Below, one piece after another: positions 30,739 through 41,515 of a DNA stretch of 64,000 nt. The notes under the pieces are model-generated. The model had not been told where the DNA came from and did not search any database. It worked only from the letters and a program-made list of their open reading frames with translations. Position 1 is the stretch's first letter. Each line of letters starts with the position of its first letter. Source of the stretch: an uncultured Clostridia bacterium (lineage in GTDB: Bacteria > Bacillota > Clostridia > TANB77 > CAG-508); NCBI GenBank assembly GCA_944386415.1, contig CALXAY010000007.1, forward strand, positions 167 through 64,166, given 5' to 3'. Made by a program: the position numbers and the translations under genes.

Positions 30739-32463
30739 TTATTTTACAATTTCAACCATTGCATTTTTTAAATTTTCTAATTTTTTATTTGCATCTTCAT
30801 CAGAAGAACCTTTAACACCCATATATAATTTTATCTTTGGCTCTGTCCCTGATGGTCTTACACAACACCAACTATCGTCTTCTAATTCATAATATAAAAC
30901 ATTTGATTTTGGTAATCCTGTAGATTTTGTCTTACCTGTTATCATGTCTTTATCAATATCTTTTTCTATATCTTTAAATTCTAAAACTTTATAATCACCT
31001 ATTCTTTCTACAGGTGTATTTCTCATATTAGTCATCATCTCTTGAATTTTTTCAGCACCTTCTGCACCTTCTAGTATTATTGATACTTGTGTTTCTTTAT
31101 AATATCCATATTTTTTATAAATATCTTCCATAGCATCCCATAAAGTCTTTCCTTTTGATTTGTAGTAACATGCTGCCTCGCAAAGTGCCATGACTGCTGC
31201 TATTCCATCTTTATCTCTTGCATAATCTCCAATTAAACAACCATAACTTTCTTCAAATCCAAATACATATGTTTTATCTTTATTTTCTTCTGCTTTTTTC
31301 ATAACACTACCTATATTTTTAAATCCTGTCAAAACTTCTATACACTCTAACCCATATTCTTTAGCAATTGCTCTTGTTAAATTTGAAGATACTATAGTAG
31401 TAATAATCATTCCATCTTTTGGAAGTATTCCTTTTTCTTTCATTTGAGATATTCTATATTCTGCAATTAATAGTGCTGACATATTTCCTGTATAGTCCAT
31501 ATATTTTCCAGATTTAGTATCTTTTGCAAAAATTCCTAAACGATCTGCATCAGGGTCTGTTGCAAGAACTACATCTGCATCTACTTCTTTAGCTAGCTCT
31601 AATGCTAACTTAAATGCTTTTTTATCTTCAGGATTTGGATAACTAACTGTTGGAAATTCTCCATCTGGTTCTTTTTGTTCTGGCACTACATATAGGTTTT
31701 CTATTCCTATATCATGTAAAAGTCTTTCTGCAACTGTATTTCCTGTTCCATGTAATGGCGTATATACTACTTTTAAAGTTTTTCCTTCTTCTTTTACAAC
31801 TTCTGGATTTAATACTTTAGATTTTAATACTCCTAAATATTTATCATCCATTTCTGTTCCAATAACATTAAATAAACCTTTACTTTCTGCTTCTTCTCTT
31901 GAAATTTCTTTTATTTCATTATAGTTTTTAACTGCTCTTACTTTTGATATTATATCCTTATCCCTTGGAGCTACTATTTGAGAACCATCATCCCAATATA
32001 CTTTATATCCGTTATATTTTGGTGGATTATGACTTGCTGTTATCATAACCCCAGCTGTACAACCAAGTTCTCTTACAGCAAATGATAATTCTGGAACTGG
32101 TCTTAAATTTTGGAATAAATATGTTTTTATCCCGTTTGCATTTAAAATTAAAGCAGTCTGCAAACTAAACTCTTTTGACATTCTTCTAGAATCATAACTA
32201 ATTGCAACACCTTCAGAACCTGTTCCTTGTTCTACTATATAGTTTGCAAGTCCTTGTGTTGCCTTTCCTACTGTATATTTATTCATTCTATTTGTTCCTG
32301 CACCAATTACTCCTCTTAGTCCTGCTGTTCCAAATTCTAATTCTTTGTAGAATCTATCTTCGATTTCTTTTTCGTCACCTTTTATTTCTAATAATTCTTT
32401 TTTAGTCTCCTCATCAAATTCTGGGCTTTCACACCATTTTTTGTATTCTTCCATATAATTCAT
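30739..32463 (-). CDS. pgm: Phosphoglucomutase/phosphomannomutase
   Basis: FGTAGLRG, ITASHNP, DPDADR, FEESYG and RPSGTEPK motifs. Confidence 0.95.
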   Translation of the reverse strand: MNYMEEYKKWCESPEFDEETKKELLEIKGDEKEIEDRFYKELEFGTAGLRGVIGAGTNRMNKYTVGKATQGLANYIVEQGTGSEGVAISYDSRRMSKEFSLQTALILNANGIKTYLFQNLRPVPELSFAVRELGCTAGVMITASHNPPKYNGYKVYWDDGSQIVAPRDKDIISKVRAVKNYNEIKEISREEAESKGLFNVIGTEMDDKYLGVLKSKVLNPEVVKEEGKTLKVVYTPLHGTGNTVAERLLHDIGIENLYVVPEQKEPDGEFPTVSYPNPEDKKAFKLALELAKEVDADVVLATDPDADRLGIFAKDTKSGKYMDYTGNMSALLIAEYRISQMKEKGILPKDGMIITTIVSSNLTRAIAKEYGLECIEVLTGFKNIGSVMKKAEENKDKTYVFGFEESYGCLIGDYARDKDGIAAVMALCEAACYYKSKGKTLWDAMEDIYKKYGYYKETQVSIILEGAEGAEKIQEMMTNMRNTPVERIGDYKVLEFKDIEKDIDKDMITGKTKSTGLPKSNVLYYELEDDSWCCVRPSGTEPKIKLYMGVKGSSDEDANKKLENLKNAMVEIVK

Positions 32464-32571
32464 TTTAATTCCTCCATTTCTTTTTTATTTTTGTTATTAA
32501 AAAACGTCGCAATTAAGACGTTCTCACTATAACAAGTTGTCACATGAGAAACGCCTTTTACGACATTTCCT

Positions 32572-33822
32572 CTAATCTAATTTATAAAATTTCTTATATA
32601 ATTCCCTTGCTGTACTTGGACAATCTACTCCTGCTGAATCTGCATTTTTGACTGGTGCAAATTCCTCTTCTCTTTTTACTCTTAAAATTGCCATATCATC
32701 AACTTCACTGAACGCATCAAATAGAAATGCTTCAAATTTATAAGCATTTGGTGAATCTGGTACCACAAGATTTCCATCTTTATCAATATATTTTGCTTTT
32801 TTATATGCTACATGATAAGGAAGTGGCTCTGCTCCCATTCTTTCTACTGCGTCCACACTAAATAAATTACAAAGGATATGAGATTCTCCATATAATAGCT
32901 CTCCTTCTTTATCAATTGCTTCTGCCATCTCATCTGTTATCTCTGTATATTCTATTACATTAGGTTTGCCATTTCTTTTGCAAAAAACTCCAACTCTCTC
33001 ATGAGGATTAGCTTTTACTACAGATTTACATGCAACTGTAACTTTCTTATCAATTGCCACTCCCATAAGAACAGGATCTACCATTTTAACAAGGCAATTA
33101 TCTACTCCTCCAATAAATACCCACTCAACACCTAATTCTTTCATTTTTTTAGTCATACCTGTTTTTACTAAAGACTCATATATTCCACCATGACCGTCTG
33201 CTGCAAGTTTTATTAATCCATCTTCACCAATTAGAATTTTTCCTTCTGTATCCATCATTGGTAATTCTCCTTGGATAAAAAAGAATAAATTTTTATCTTT
33301 TTCATACCCAAAATATTTATGTTCTTTAAAGAAATTAACTGTTGCTTCGTTATTCTCTTTACTTGTCATAATAAACCAAGGTATAATAACTCCATACTTT
33401 TTACCTTCTTCTTTTAGACTATCACATAATAATTCAAATAAAGATTTATGTGAACTTAGCCCTATATCATAAGTTCCTTTTGGTCCATTATGTCCAAGTC
33501 TTGTTCCTTGTCCTCCTGCCATCGTGACTGCCGCTAATTTTCCCTCTTTTATCGCTCTTTTTCCAATATCCTCATAATATTTATATTTATCTCCTAGCTT
33601 AAATTTATCTAAATAATCAATTGGTGTAATTTCATCTTTACTATTTTTTACTTCTTTCTTTGTACTTTCGTATAGACTATTTGCAAGTTCAAAATCAATT
33701 TCTTCAATTTGTTCTAATAATTTTCTCTTATGAATATCATCTAGTTTATCATAATGATTTAATAAATGTTCTTGTCCATACTTCTTTAAAATATCTTTTG
33801 CTTCTTCTACCTTATCATCCAT
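32572..33822 (-). CDS. UDPGP-type (UAP1-like) UDP-sugar pyrophosphorylase
   Basis: MAGGQGTRLG, GPKG, DGHGG, VDN, KFEAFLFDAF and EFAPVKN motifs. Confidence 0.9.
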   Translation of the reverse strand: MDDKVEEAKDILKKYGQEHLLNHYDKLDDIHKRKLLEQIEEIDFELANSLYESTKKEVKNSKDEITPIDYLDKFKLGDKYKYYEDIGKRAIKEGKLAAVTMAGGQGTRLGHNGPKGTYDIGLSSHKSLFELLCDSLKEEGKKYGVIIPWFIMTSKENNEATVNFFKEHKYFGYEKDKNLFFFIQGELPMMDTEGKILIGEDGLIKLAADGHGGIYESLVKTGMTKKMKELGVEWVFIGGVDNCLVKMVDPVLMGVAIDKKVTVACKSVVKANPHERVGVFCKRNGKPNVIEYTEITDEMAEAIDKEGELLYGESHILCNLFSVDAVERMGAEPLPYHVAYKKAKYIDKDGNLVVPDSPNAYKFEAFLFDAFSEVDDMAILRVKREEEFAPVKNADSAGVDCPSTARELYKKFYKLD

Positions 33823-33904
33823 TTTTGCAATCTCCTTTTCTTTATAAAGTATTATATTTATTTTTATATACTATTTCTAAAAAAATATCAACCTTTTTTT
33901 ATTT

Positions 33905-34381
33905 TTATTTTTCTATTTTCTTTTCTCCCGTAGTACTCAACACATTTTCATAGTTAATCATAACATTTTTTAAATCTTTTCCTACTTCTTCTATATCATA
34001 GCAATCTATAGTTTTTACTTTTTCATTTTTTTCTATCCACTTTTCTATATTTTCATTTATATTTTTTATATAATTTTCTTTTCCCTTTATCAAAATAATT
34101 AAATTCTCATTTTTTTCAATATATTTCTTTATTTCTTTAAACTTATTTAAATCATCATTTTTCCAATTAATATTAAAAATACTTTTCTTTTTATTTTCTT
34201 TTAGATTAATCCTTGATATCAAAGTTTTTATTGTTTCTTCTAGATTATTTTCTGTTAAAATTACAATCTTATTATCTTCTTCTAGCTTTTGTTCTATATA
34301 AGGTAAAGTAATCATCTCAAAATGATAATCGCTAGCATAAAATGTACATGTTTTTTCTTTTGTTTTTTGTTTTTTATCCAT
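33905..34381 (-). CDS. Hypothetical protein
   Basis: 158-aa ORF with AGGAGAGG RBS. Confidence 0.65.
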   Translation of the reverse strand: MDKKQKTKEKTCTFYASDYHFEMITLPYIEQKLEEDNKIVILTENNLEETIKTLISRINLKENKKKSIFNINWKNDDLNKFKEIKKYIEKNENLIILIKGKENYIKNINENIEKWIEKNEKVKTIDCYDIEEVGKDLKNVMINYENVLSTTGEKKIEK

Positions 34382-34597
34382 AAAAAAACCTCTCCTTTTC
34401 TTTTAAAGCATACGGAAATATAGTTTTTTCATCTGCTTACTGGTAAATTTTACCATTTCTTTACAAATATGTCAATATTATTTCAATTATATTTCAAAAA
34501 AGATTTCGACATTTTTCTTATGATGTATAAAAAAATTTTATTTTGTTAATACTTAAAACAAGAAGATTTTAGAAAAAAAGTTTATTGGAGGTAACTT

Positions 34598-35263
34598 ATG
34601 AAAAAAATATTAAATTCATTTAAAAATTCCAAGGTAAAAATGGTAATTATTTTAAGTTTTTTACTTTTTTTATATACTACAATCTGTGCATTTTCTTATG
34701 CTCAAAATATATCAACAGATATTTCAAACAGTGTTTTTAGATTACACGTAATTGCAAATAGTGATAGTGAAGAAGATCAAAATTTAAAATATAAAGTTAG
34801 AGATAATTTATTAAAACACATGAAAGAACTATGTTGTGATTGTAAAAACAAAGATGAGGCAATAAAAATAGTAAAAGAACATCTAGAAGAATTTAAACAA
34901 ATTGCTTTGCAAACTATTAATGATAATGGTTACTCTTATAATATAAATATAAACATTGGTAATTTTGAATTTCCAACTAAAGAATATGGAGATATTTCGC
35001 TTCCAGCGGGCTTTTATGATGCTTTAAAAGTTGAAATCGGTGAAGCTAAAGGGCAAAATTGGTGGTGTGTAATGTTTCCTCCTCTATGTTTTATTGATGT
35101 AACTTCTGGAGTGGTTCCAGAAGAATCCAAAAAACAATTAGAAAATGATCTGTCTGAAGAAGAATTTGCTCTCGTTTCTGAGGATTCAGATATAAAGATT
35201 CAGTTTAAATTTAAAATACTTGAATTTTTCAACGGAAATGGATTTACTACAGCAAAAAAATAG
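34598..35263 (+). CDS. spoIIR: Stage II sporulation protein R
   Basis: RLHVIANSDS, FPTKEYG and GQNWWCVMFPPLC motifs. Confidence 0.96.
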   Translation: MKKILNSFKNSKVKMVIILSFLLFLYTTICAFSYAQNISTDISNSVFRLHVIANSDSEEDQNLKYKVRDNLLKHMKELCCDCKNKDEAIKIVKEHLEEFKQIALQTINDNGYSYNININIGNFEFPTKEYGDISLPAGFYDALKVEIGEAKGQNWWCVMFPPLCFIDVTSGVVPEESKKQLENDLSEEEFALVSEDSDIKIQFKFKILEFFNGNGFTTAKK

Positions 35264-35372
35264 TTGCAAAGATTTTCATTTTATGGTATATTTGTGAAGT
35301 ATTAGAGTGTAATATTATACACTCTAATTTTATTTGTAATATAGTAGTATAAATTCAATGGAGGGAATATAA

Positions 35373-36635
35373 TTGGAAAAATTAGTAGTTACAGGACCTA
35401 CTCAATTAAAAGGAGAGGTTACAATAAGTGGAGCAAAAAATGCAGCAGTAGCACTTTTACCTGCAACACTTTTAATAGATGGTGTTTGCACTATTGAAAA
35501 TTTGCCACATATTAGTGATATAGAAATATCTTGTAAAATTCTAGAAAAATTAGGAGCTAAAATCACTTGGAATGATAAACACTGTATAACAGTAGATACA
35601 ACAAATATTTCAACAACAAAAGCTCCTTTAGATTTGACAAGTAAATTTAGAGCTTCTTATTACATAATTGGAGCAATGCTTGGTAGGAAAGGAGAAGTTG
35701 AAGTAGGTATGCCTGGTGGTTGCAAATTAGGTGCAAGGCCTATTGACCAACATATCAAAGGTTTTGAAGCTTTAGGTGCAACGGTTTCTATTGAAAAAGG
35801 AAAAATTAATGCAAAGGCTAAAAAATTAAAAGGAACCTCTATATATATGGATATTGTTTCTGTTGGAGCAACTATTAATGTAATGCTAGCATCAGTGCTA
35901 GCTAAAGGTACAACAACAATAGATAACGCAGCAAAAGAACCTCATATAGTTGATGTCGCAAATTTTCTAAACACAATGGGAGCTGATATTCGCGGAGCTG
36001 GAACTGACGTGATAAAAATTAATGGTGTAGAAAAATTACACGGAAATGCTACATATTCAGTAGTTCCTGATCAAATAGAAGCTGGAACTTTTATGCTTGC
36101 AGCAGTTGCAACAAGAGGAGACTTAACTTTAAAAAACTGTATTACAAAACACTTAGAATCTATAACAGCTAAAATTATTGAAGTTGGGGGCAATGTTGAA
36201 GATTATGGTGATAGTATACGTGTTTGGTGTAACAAAAGACCAAATAAAGCAAATATTAAAACTTTGCCATATCCAGGTTTTCCAACAGATTTACAACCAC
36301 AAATGGGTGTTGTATTATCTTTAGCAAATGGTAATAGTGTTATTAATGAAAGTATTTGGGAATCTAGATTCCAATACACAGATGAGTTAAACAAAATGGG
36401 TGCTAAAATTACAGCAAATGGTAAAACAGCATTTTTTGAAGGTGTTAAAAAATTATCTGGTGCTCCTGTTTATTGTACAGATTTAAGAGCAGGTGCTGCA
36501 CTAGTAGTTGCAGGTATAGCAGCACAAGGTGAAACAGATATATATAACTTACAACATATAGACCGTGGATATGAAGATATAGAAGGAAAATTCAGAAAAT
36601 TAGGAGCAAATATCAAAAGAGTAACAGAAGAATAA
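35373..36635 (+). CDS. murA: UDP-GlcNAc 1-carboxyvinyltransferase
   Basis: GAKNAA, PGGCKLGARPIDQH, PGFPTDLQ and DLRAGAAL motifs. Confidence 0.97.
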   Translation: MEKLVVTGPTQLKGEVTISGAKNAAVALLPATLLIDGVCTIENLPHISDIEISCKILEKLGAKITWNDKHCITVDTTNISTTKAPLDLTSKFRASYYIIGAMLGRKGEVEVGMPGGCKLGARPIDQHIKGFEALGATVSIEKGKINAKAKKLKGTSIYMDIVSVGATINVMLASVLAKGTTTIDNAAKEPHIVDVANFLNTMGADIRGAGTDVIKINGVEKLHGNATYSVVPDQIEAGTFMLAAVATRGDLTLKNCITKHLESITAKIIEVGGNVEDYGDSIRVWCNKRPNKANIKTLPYPGFPTDLQPQMGVVLSLANGNSVINESIWESRFQYTDELNKMGAKITANGKTAFFEGVKKLSGAPVYCTDLRAGAALVVAGIAAQGETDIYNLQHIDRGYEDIEGKFRKLGANIKRVTEE

Positions 36636-36648
36636 GGAAGTAAAAACA

Positions 36649-37434
36649 ATGTTTAATTTTTGTAGTTTATATAGTGGAAGTAGTGGAAATAGTTTATTTG
36701 TTGAAACTGATAATACAAAAATTTTAGTAGATGCTGGTGTTAGTTGTAAAAAAATTGAAACAGCTTTAAATGATATAAATATTAACCCCAAATCTTTAGA
36801 TGGTATTTTAGTTACACATGAACATATAGATCATGTTCAATCTTTAGGAACTTTATCTAAAAAATTTAATTTGCCTGTATTTGTTAATCAGGAGACTTTA
36901 GATGCCATGCCTAAACAAAAAGATAAGATATCAGACAAAAATATTAAACTTTTTAAAGTTAATAATAAATTTGAAATTGGTGATTTGTTAATAAAACCAT
37001 TTTCTATCCCTCATGATGCTGCAAATCCTTGTGGTTTTAGCTTATATAAAAATGATAAGAAAATAAGTATTGCAACAGACATTGGTCATATGACAAATGA
37101 TATATTAAAAAATTTAGAAGAAAGTTTATTTGTTATGTTAGAAGCAAACTATGACCCTGAAGTATTAAGATATTCATCTTATCCTTTTTCTTTAAAGACA
37201 AGAATTGCGGGTCCAACTGGCCATTTATCAAATGAAATAGCAGGAAAAACTATCTCTTATTTGATAGATTCTGGATTAAAAAATGCAATGCTTGGGCATC
37301 TAAGTAAAGAAAGTAACTTTCCAGAACTTGCTTATCAAACTGTTATTGATGAACTTATTTCTAATAACAATCAAGATAATCTTATTCTTAATATTGCTTC
37401 TAGAGATACACATAGTAAGATTATTGATATTTAA
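36649..37434 (+). CDS. walJ: MBL-fold metallo-hydrolase YycJ/WalJ
   Basis: SGSSGN, THEHIDH, GHLSN and GHLSKE motifs; precedes rlmH. Confidence 0.85.
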   Translation: MFNFCSLYSGSSGNSLFVETDNTKILVDAGVSCKKIETALNDININPKSLDGILVTHEHIDHVQSLGTLSKKFNLPVFVNQETLDAMPKQKDKISDKNIKLFKVNNKFEIGDLLIKPFSIPHDAANPCGFSLYKNDKKISIATDIGHMTNDILKNLEESLFVMLEANYDPEVLRYSSYPFSLKTRIAGPTGHLSNEIAGKTISYLIDSGLKNAMLGHLSKESNFPELAYQTVIDELISNNNQDNLILNIASRDTHSKIIDI

Positions 37435-37473
37435 AAATAAAAAACAAAAAGTAAAAAATAAGGAAATAAAAAG

Positions 37474-37953
37474 ATGCTAACTATTAATATTATTTGTGTA
37501 GGTAAAATTAAAGAAAAATATTTAAGAGATGCTATAGATGAATATTCTAAAAGGCTTTCTAAATATTGTAAATTAAATATTATTGAACTTTCGGATGAAA
37601 AAATTCCTGATAAACTAAATTCTAGTTTAGAAATAGAAATTAAGGAAAAAGAATCAAATAAAATACTTACTCACATTCCTAAAGATGGTTACAAAATTGC
37701 TTTGGATTTAAGAGGTAAAGAACTTACTTCTGAAGATTTTTCTAAAACTATTGATAATATTTCTATGGAAAATAGTAATATTTCATTTATTATTGGTGGT
37801 TCTTTAGGGTTAACAAGCAAACTTCTAAATAATTGTAACAAAATAATTTCTTTTTCTAAAATGACTTTTCCTCATCAGCTAATTAGAGTATTTTTACTTG
37901 AACAAATCTTTAGAGCTTTCAAAATTTCACATGGTGAAACTTATCATAGATAA
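37474..37953 (+). CDS. rlmH: 23S rRNA m3Psi1915 methyltransferase
   Basis: VGKIKE, FIIGGSLG and SKMTFPHQLIR motifs, C-terminal YHR. Confidence 0.96.
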   Translation: MLTINIICVGKIKEKYLRDAIDEYSKRLSKYCKLNIIELSDEKIPDKLNSSLEIEIKEKESNKILTHIPKDGYKIALDLRGKELTSEDFSKTIDNISMENSNISFIIGGSLGLTSKLLNNCNKIISFSKMTFPHQLIRVFLLEQIFRAFKISHGETYHR

Positions 37954-38057
37954 TTTATATATTGTAGAGAAAATATAATTTAGAAAAATAAGGACCAAAA
38001 AAACAAAATATTTTCTCTACAAAGTTAAAATCTTTATTTAGTATTATATTCTTATGT

Positions 38058-38153
38058 TTATTTTAATTTTCGTAATATTTTTTTGGATAATTTTTGAACA
38101 ATTATTTTTCTAACTATAAAAAATATTGAAATAAATATAATTAGTTTTATCAT
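38058..38153 (-). CDS. Putative 31-aa hydrophobic/cationic peptide, not in the ORF track
   Basis: MIKLIIFISIFFIVRKIIVQKLSKKILRKLK; GAAAGG RBS 7 nt upstream; TTGACA-17-TAATAT promoter near 38252-38280. Confidence 0.55.
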   Translation of the reverse strand: MIKLIIFISIFFIVRKIIVQKLSKKILRKLK

Positions 38154-38310
38154 AATAAATCCTTTCAAATTTTATGTTTTCTTATTAATCTTCAAACATA
38201 ATCTTTTGCTTTTAAAATTTGGAAAGAATTTCCAAAGAATTAAATTATAGCTATATTACTATTTTTTATAAAATTTGTCAAGAAAATTTAATATTTATTT
38301 TTCTTAATTA

Positions 38311-38838
38311 TCAATACATGATTTTACATATAATAGTACTTGCAATTATCCCTACAATATCTGCAGCTAATGCTGCTATTAATATATATCTTGTCTTTTT
38401 TATTTTTATACAACTTGTATATACTGCAATTGTATATAATGTCGTTTCAGTTGACCCAAGTATTGTAGATGCTATATTTCCAATTAAACTATCAACTCCA
38501 CAACTTTTCATAATATCTGTTGCAACAGCTATCGAACCGCTTCCAGATATAGGTCTTAATATTGCTAGTGGCATAAGCTCACTTGGAAAATTTAATATAT
38601 CAAGAATAGGACTAGAAATATTTATAATTAATTCTAAAACACCTGAACTTCTTAATGCTCCAATAGCTAAAAACAAACCTATTAATGTAGGCAAAATACT
38701 TAATGTTGTTTTTATTCCTTCTTTTGCTCCTTCCAAAAACGTATCAAATACTTTATTTTTTTCCCTCAATCCATACATAATAATAAGTAAAATTACCATT
38801 GGTATTGCTACATTTGACAGAAAATTTATTATTTTCAC
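38311..38838 (-). CDS. spmB: Spore maturation protein B
   Basis: LRPISGSGS and GSTETTLYTIAVY motifs. Confidence 0.93.
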   Translation of the reverse strand: MKIINFLSNVAIPMVILLIIMYGLREKNKVFDTFLEGAKEGIKTTLSILPTLIGLFLAIGALRSSGVLELIINISSPILDILNFPSELMPLAILRPISGSGSIAVATDIMKSCGVDSLIGNIASTILGSTETTLYTIAVYTSCIKIKKTRYILIAALAADIVGIIASTIICKIMY

Positions 38839-39428
38839 TTTAATCTCTCCCCTTTTGTAAAATTAATCACAACTTTTGCAATAATAACTCCTATTATTGC
38901 AGAAATAATAGTTGCTAGCCATGTTGGGAATATAATTAAAGTTGGATTTTCTGATCCAAGAGAATTTCTAATTGCAATTACTGTAGTAGGAATAATTTGA
39001 ATTGATGCTGTATTTATTACTATAAACATCATCATAGAATCTGTTAAAGTATCCTTTTTCTCATTTTCTTCTTGCATAGATTTCATTGCTTTTAATCCAA
39101 GTGGTGTTGCCGCATTTCCTAATCCCAAAATATTTGCGATCATATTCATAGATATTTCTTTTTTTATCTTTTTATTTTCTTTCAATTTAGGAAATAAAAA
39201 ATTAAGGATTGGCTCTAAACATTTAGTTAAATTTTTAATTAATGTCGTTTTACTTGCAATTTGCATAATACCACTCCAAAGACACATACTCCCCAATAAA
39301 TCTATTGATAAACTAATTGCTGAATTGGTACTTTCAAAAATTGAATTATTTAGGTTTTCTAAATTTCCTGAAAAAATTGCAAAAGAAAATGATATTATTA
39401 TAAAAACTGGCCAAACTATATTTAACAT
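38835..39428 (-). CDS. spmA: Spore maturation protein A
   Basis: ANILGLGNAATPLGLKAM and INTASIQIIPTT motifs. Confidence 0.95.
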   Translation of the reverse strand: MLNIVWPVFIIISFSFAIFSGNLENLNNSIFESTNSAISLSIDLLGSMCLWSGIMQIASKTTLIKNLTKCLEPILNFLFPKLKENKKIKKEISMNMIANILGLGNAATPLGLKAMKSMQEENEKKDTLTDSMMMFIVINTASIQIIPTTVIAIRNSLGSENPTLIIFPTWLATIISAIIGVIIAKVVINFTKGERLK

Positions 39429-39562
39429 ACCATCACCAACATAATTTTATTTATTAATTATGGTTTTTATTCCAAATTGAATTGACCAAGTCTCTTCTTT
39501 GTGATATATTAAAGCATAAGCAAAAGGATTGTAAATATATAACTTTTAAGGGGGAATTAGTT

Positions 39563-39817
39563 ATGAAGTCAACAGGTATTATTAGGAGAATGGACGAACT
39601 AGGTAGAGTTGTTATTCCAATTGAAATAAGAAATCAATTTAATATAGTTGAAAAAGATCCAATTGAAATCTATGTGGATGGCTCTTCTATAGTATTAAAA
39701 AAATTTGAACCTAATTGTATCTTCTGTGGAAATACAAAAAATTTATTAACATATCATGATAAATTAATTTGTAAAGACTGTTCAAAAAAAATAGGAAGTC
39801 TAAAAGACGATGAATAG
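39563..39817 (+). CDS. abrB: AbrB-family transition-state regulator
   Basis: MKSTGIIRRMDELGRVVIPIEIR and C-terminal CxxC...CxxC. Confidence 0.93.
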   Translation: MKSTGIIRRMDELGRVVIPIEIRNQFNIVEKDPIEIYVDGSSIVLKKFEPNCIFCGNTKNLLTYHDKLICKDCSKKIGSLKDDE

Positions 39818-39838
39818 AGAAGAAGTAAAACTTCTTCT

Positions 39839-40669
39839 CTATATAAATAACTTGTATATTTCATTTTTATTTACATTTCTATCTTTTGCTATTTTTTTAA
39901 TAATTTCTTTTTTTTCTAATCCTTGTTCTTCATAATATTTATAATGTTCATTTATACTTAAATTGCATAAATCATTTTTCTTTTTTTTGTAATTTCCTTC
40001 AATAATTAAAACCATTTCACCTTTTAAGTTATCTACTTTTTCAAGTATATCATCAATTTTTTCTCTAATAAATTCTTCATGAATTTTACTTATTTCTCTA
40101 GCAAGAACTACCTTTCTATCCTCGTCTAAAATCATTTTTAAATCTTCTAAAGTACTTTTTATTTTATGAGGTGCTTCATAAATAATAACGGTTTTATTTA
40201 TATTTTTTATTTCTTCTAACTTTTCTTTTCTATTTTTTTTGTTTAATGGTAAAAAACCATAAAAACAAAACTCTTTTGTGTCAATTCCTGAACAAATTAA
40301 AGCATTAACCATTGCACATGCTCCTGGAATTGGAACTATTTTTATATCTTCTTTTATACACTCTCTTACTATCTCTTCACCTGGGTCGCTAATTCCAGGT
40401 GTTCCTGCATCTGATACTAAAGCGATATTTTTTCCATCTTTTAACTCTTTAATTAGATAATCACATCTAAATTCTTCATTATGTCTATGATAACTTACCA
40501 TTGGCTTTGAAATTTCTAAATGATTTAATAATTTCAAAGTATGTCTCGTATCTTCTGCTGCAATTAAATCCGCTTCTTTTAATACTTTTATAGCTCTCAA
40601 TGTAATATCTTCTAAATTACCTATTGGTGTTGCTACTAAATATAATATTCCTTCTTCTCTTCTTAGCAT
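39839..40669 (-). CDS. rsmI: 16S rRNA C1402 2'-O-methyltransferase
   Basis: LYLVATPIGNLEDIT and SDAGTPGISDPG motifs. Confidence 0.96.
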   Translation of the reverse strand: MLRREEGILYLVATPIGNLEDITLRAIKVLKEADLIAAEDTRHTLKLLNHLEISKPMVSYHRHNEEFRCDYLIKELKDGKNIALVSDAGTPGISDPGEEIVRECIKEDIKIVPIPGACAMVNALICSGIDTKEFCFYGFLPLNKKNRKEKLEEIKNINKTVIIYEAPHKIKSTLEDLKMILDEDRKVVLAREISKIHEEFIREKIDDILEKVDNLKGEMVLIIEGNYKKKKNDLCNLSINEHYKYYEEQGLEKKEIIKKIAKDRNVNKNEIYKLFI

Positions 40670-40690
40670 TTTATTTTCCTCCAGATTTAT

Positions 40691-41434
40691 CTATATTTTA
40701 TTATAAATTTCTAATATTTCTTTTGTGTAATTTCCATTTTCATCATAAATATATAAGTTTTTGTCAACCTTCAGAAATGGTTTTGCATTTTTTATTCCTT
40801 TTATTAATATTAATTTAGGTTGTTTGTTTATATTAGAATATACAAATCTGATTTCTTTTGGCTCTATCTTATAATATCTAAGCAAACTCAAAATATCAAC
40901 TAATCTTTCAGGTCTATGTACCATATAAAATTCGCCTTTATCTTTTAATAAATCTCTTGAAATTTTTATAAAGTCCTCTAAATTAGCTGTTGTTTCATGT
41001 CTTGATATTATTTTTTTCTCCTCTTCATTAACTATCCCTGTACTTTTCCTTTTATAAGGTGGATTAGTTACTATTACATCAAAAGTCTGTTTTTTATATA
41101 AATTATTTAAGCTTAAAATATTTTCATTTATTACTTTAAATCTATCTTGCAGATTATTTAATATAGAACTTCTTTTTGCCATATTACTTACTTCTTTTTG
41201 TATCTCTACCCCTATTACTTCTTTTAGCTCCGTTTTTCCACATAATAAAATAGGAATAATACCTGTTCCTGTTCCTAAATCTAAAACTTTACTTCCTCTT
41301 TTTATATTTTTAGCAAAATCTGATAGCAAAACACTATCTATTCCAAAACAAAAGCCTTTTTCATTTTGTATTATTTGCAATCCTTTAAATTCTAAATCAT
41401 CTATTCTTTCATTTTCTTTTAAATTTATTTTCAT
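40691..41434 (-). CDS. tRNA1(Val) A37 N6-methyltransferase (YabB/TrmN6)
   Basis: LDLGTGTG, NPPY and HRPERL motifs; upstream of rsmI. Confidence 0.9.
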   Translation of the reverse strand: MKINLKENERIDDLEFKGLQIIQNEKGFCFGIDSVLLSDFAKNIKRGSKVLDLGTGTGIIPILLCGKTELKEVIGVEIQKEVSNMAKRSSILNNLQDRFKVINENILSLNNLYKKQTFDVIVTNPPYKRKSTGIVNEEEKKIISRHETTANLEDFIKISRDLLKDKGEFYMVHRPERLVDILSLLRYYKIEPKEIRFVYSNINKQPKLILIKGIKNAKPFLKVDKNLYIYDENGNYTKEILEIYNKI

Positions 41435-41515
41435 TTTCTTTTCCTTTAAACATTTTTTCATTTCCTACATATTATATACTAAAATAGCGAAAAAATCAAA
41501 GTTTGGAGGTTTTTT

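Noticed and set aside
37930-38057. rlmH 3' end as an SCC-like integration site
   Set aside because: No recombinase or cassette follows it.
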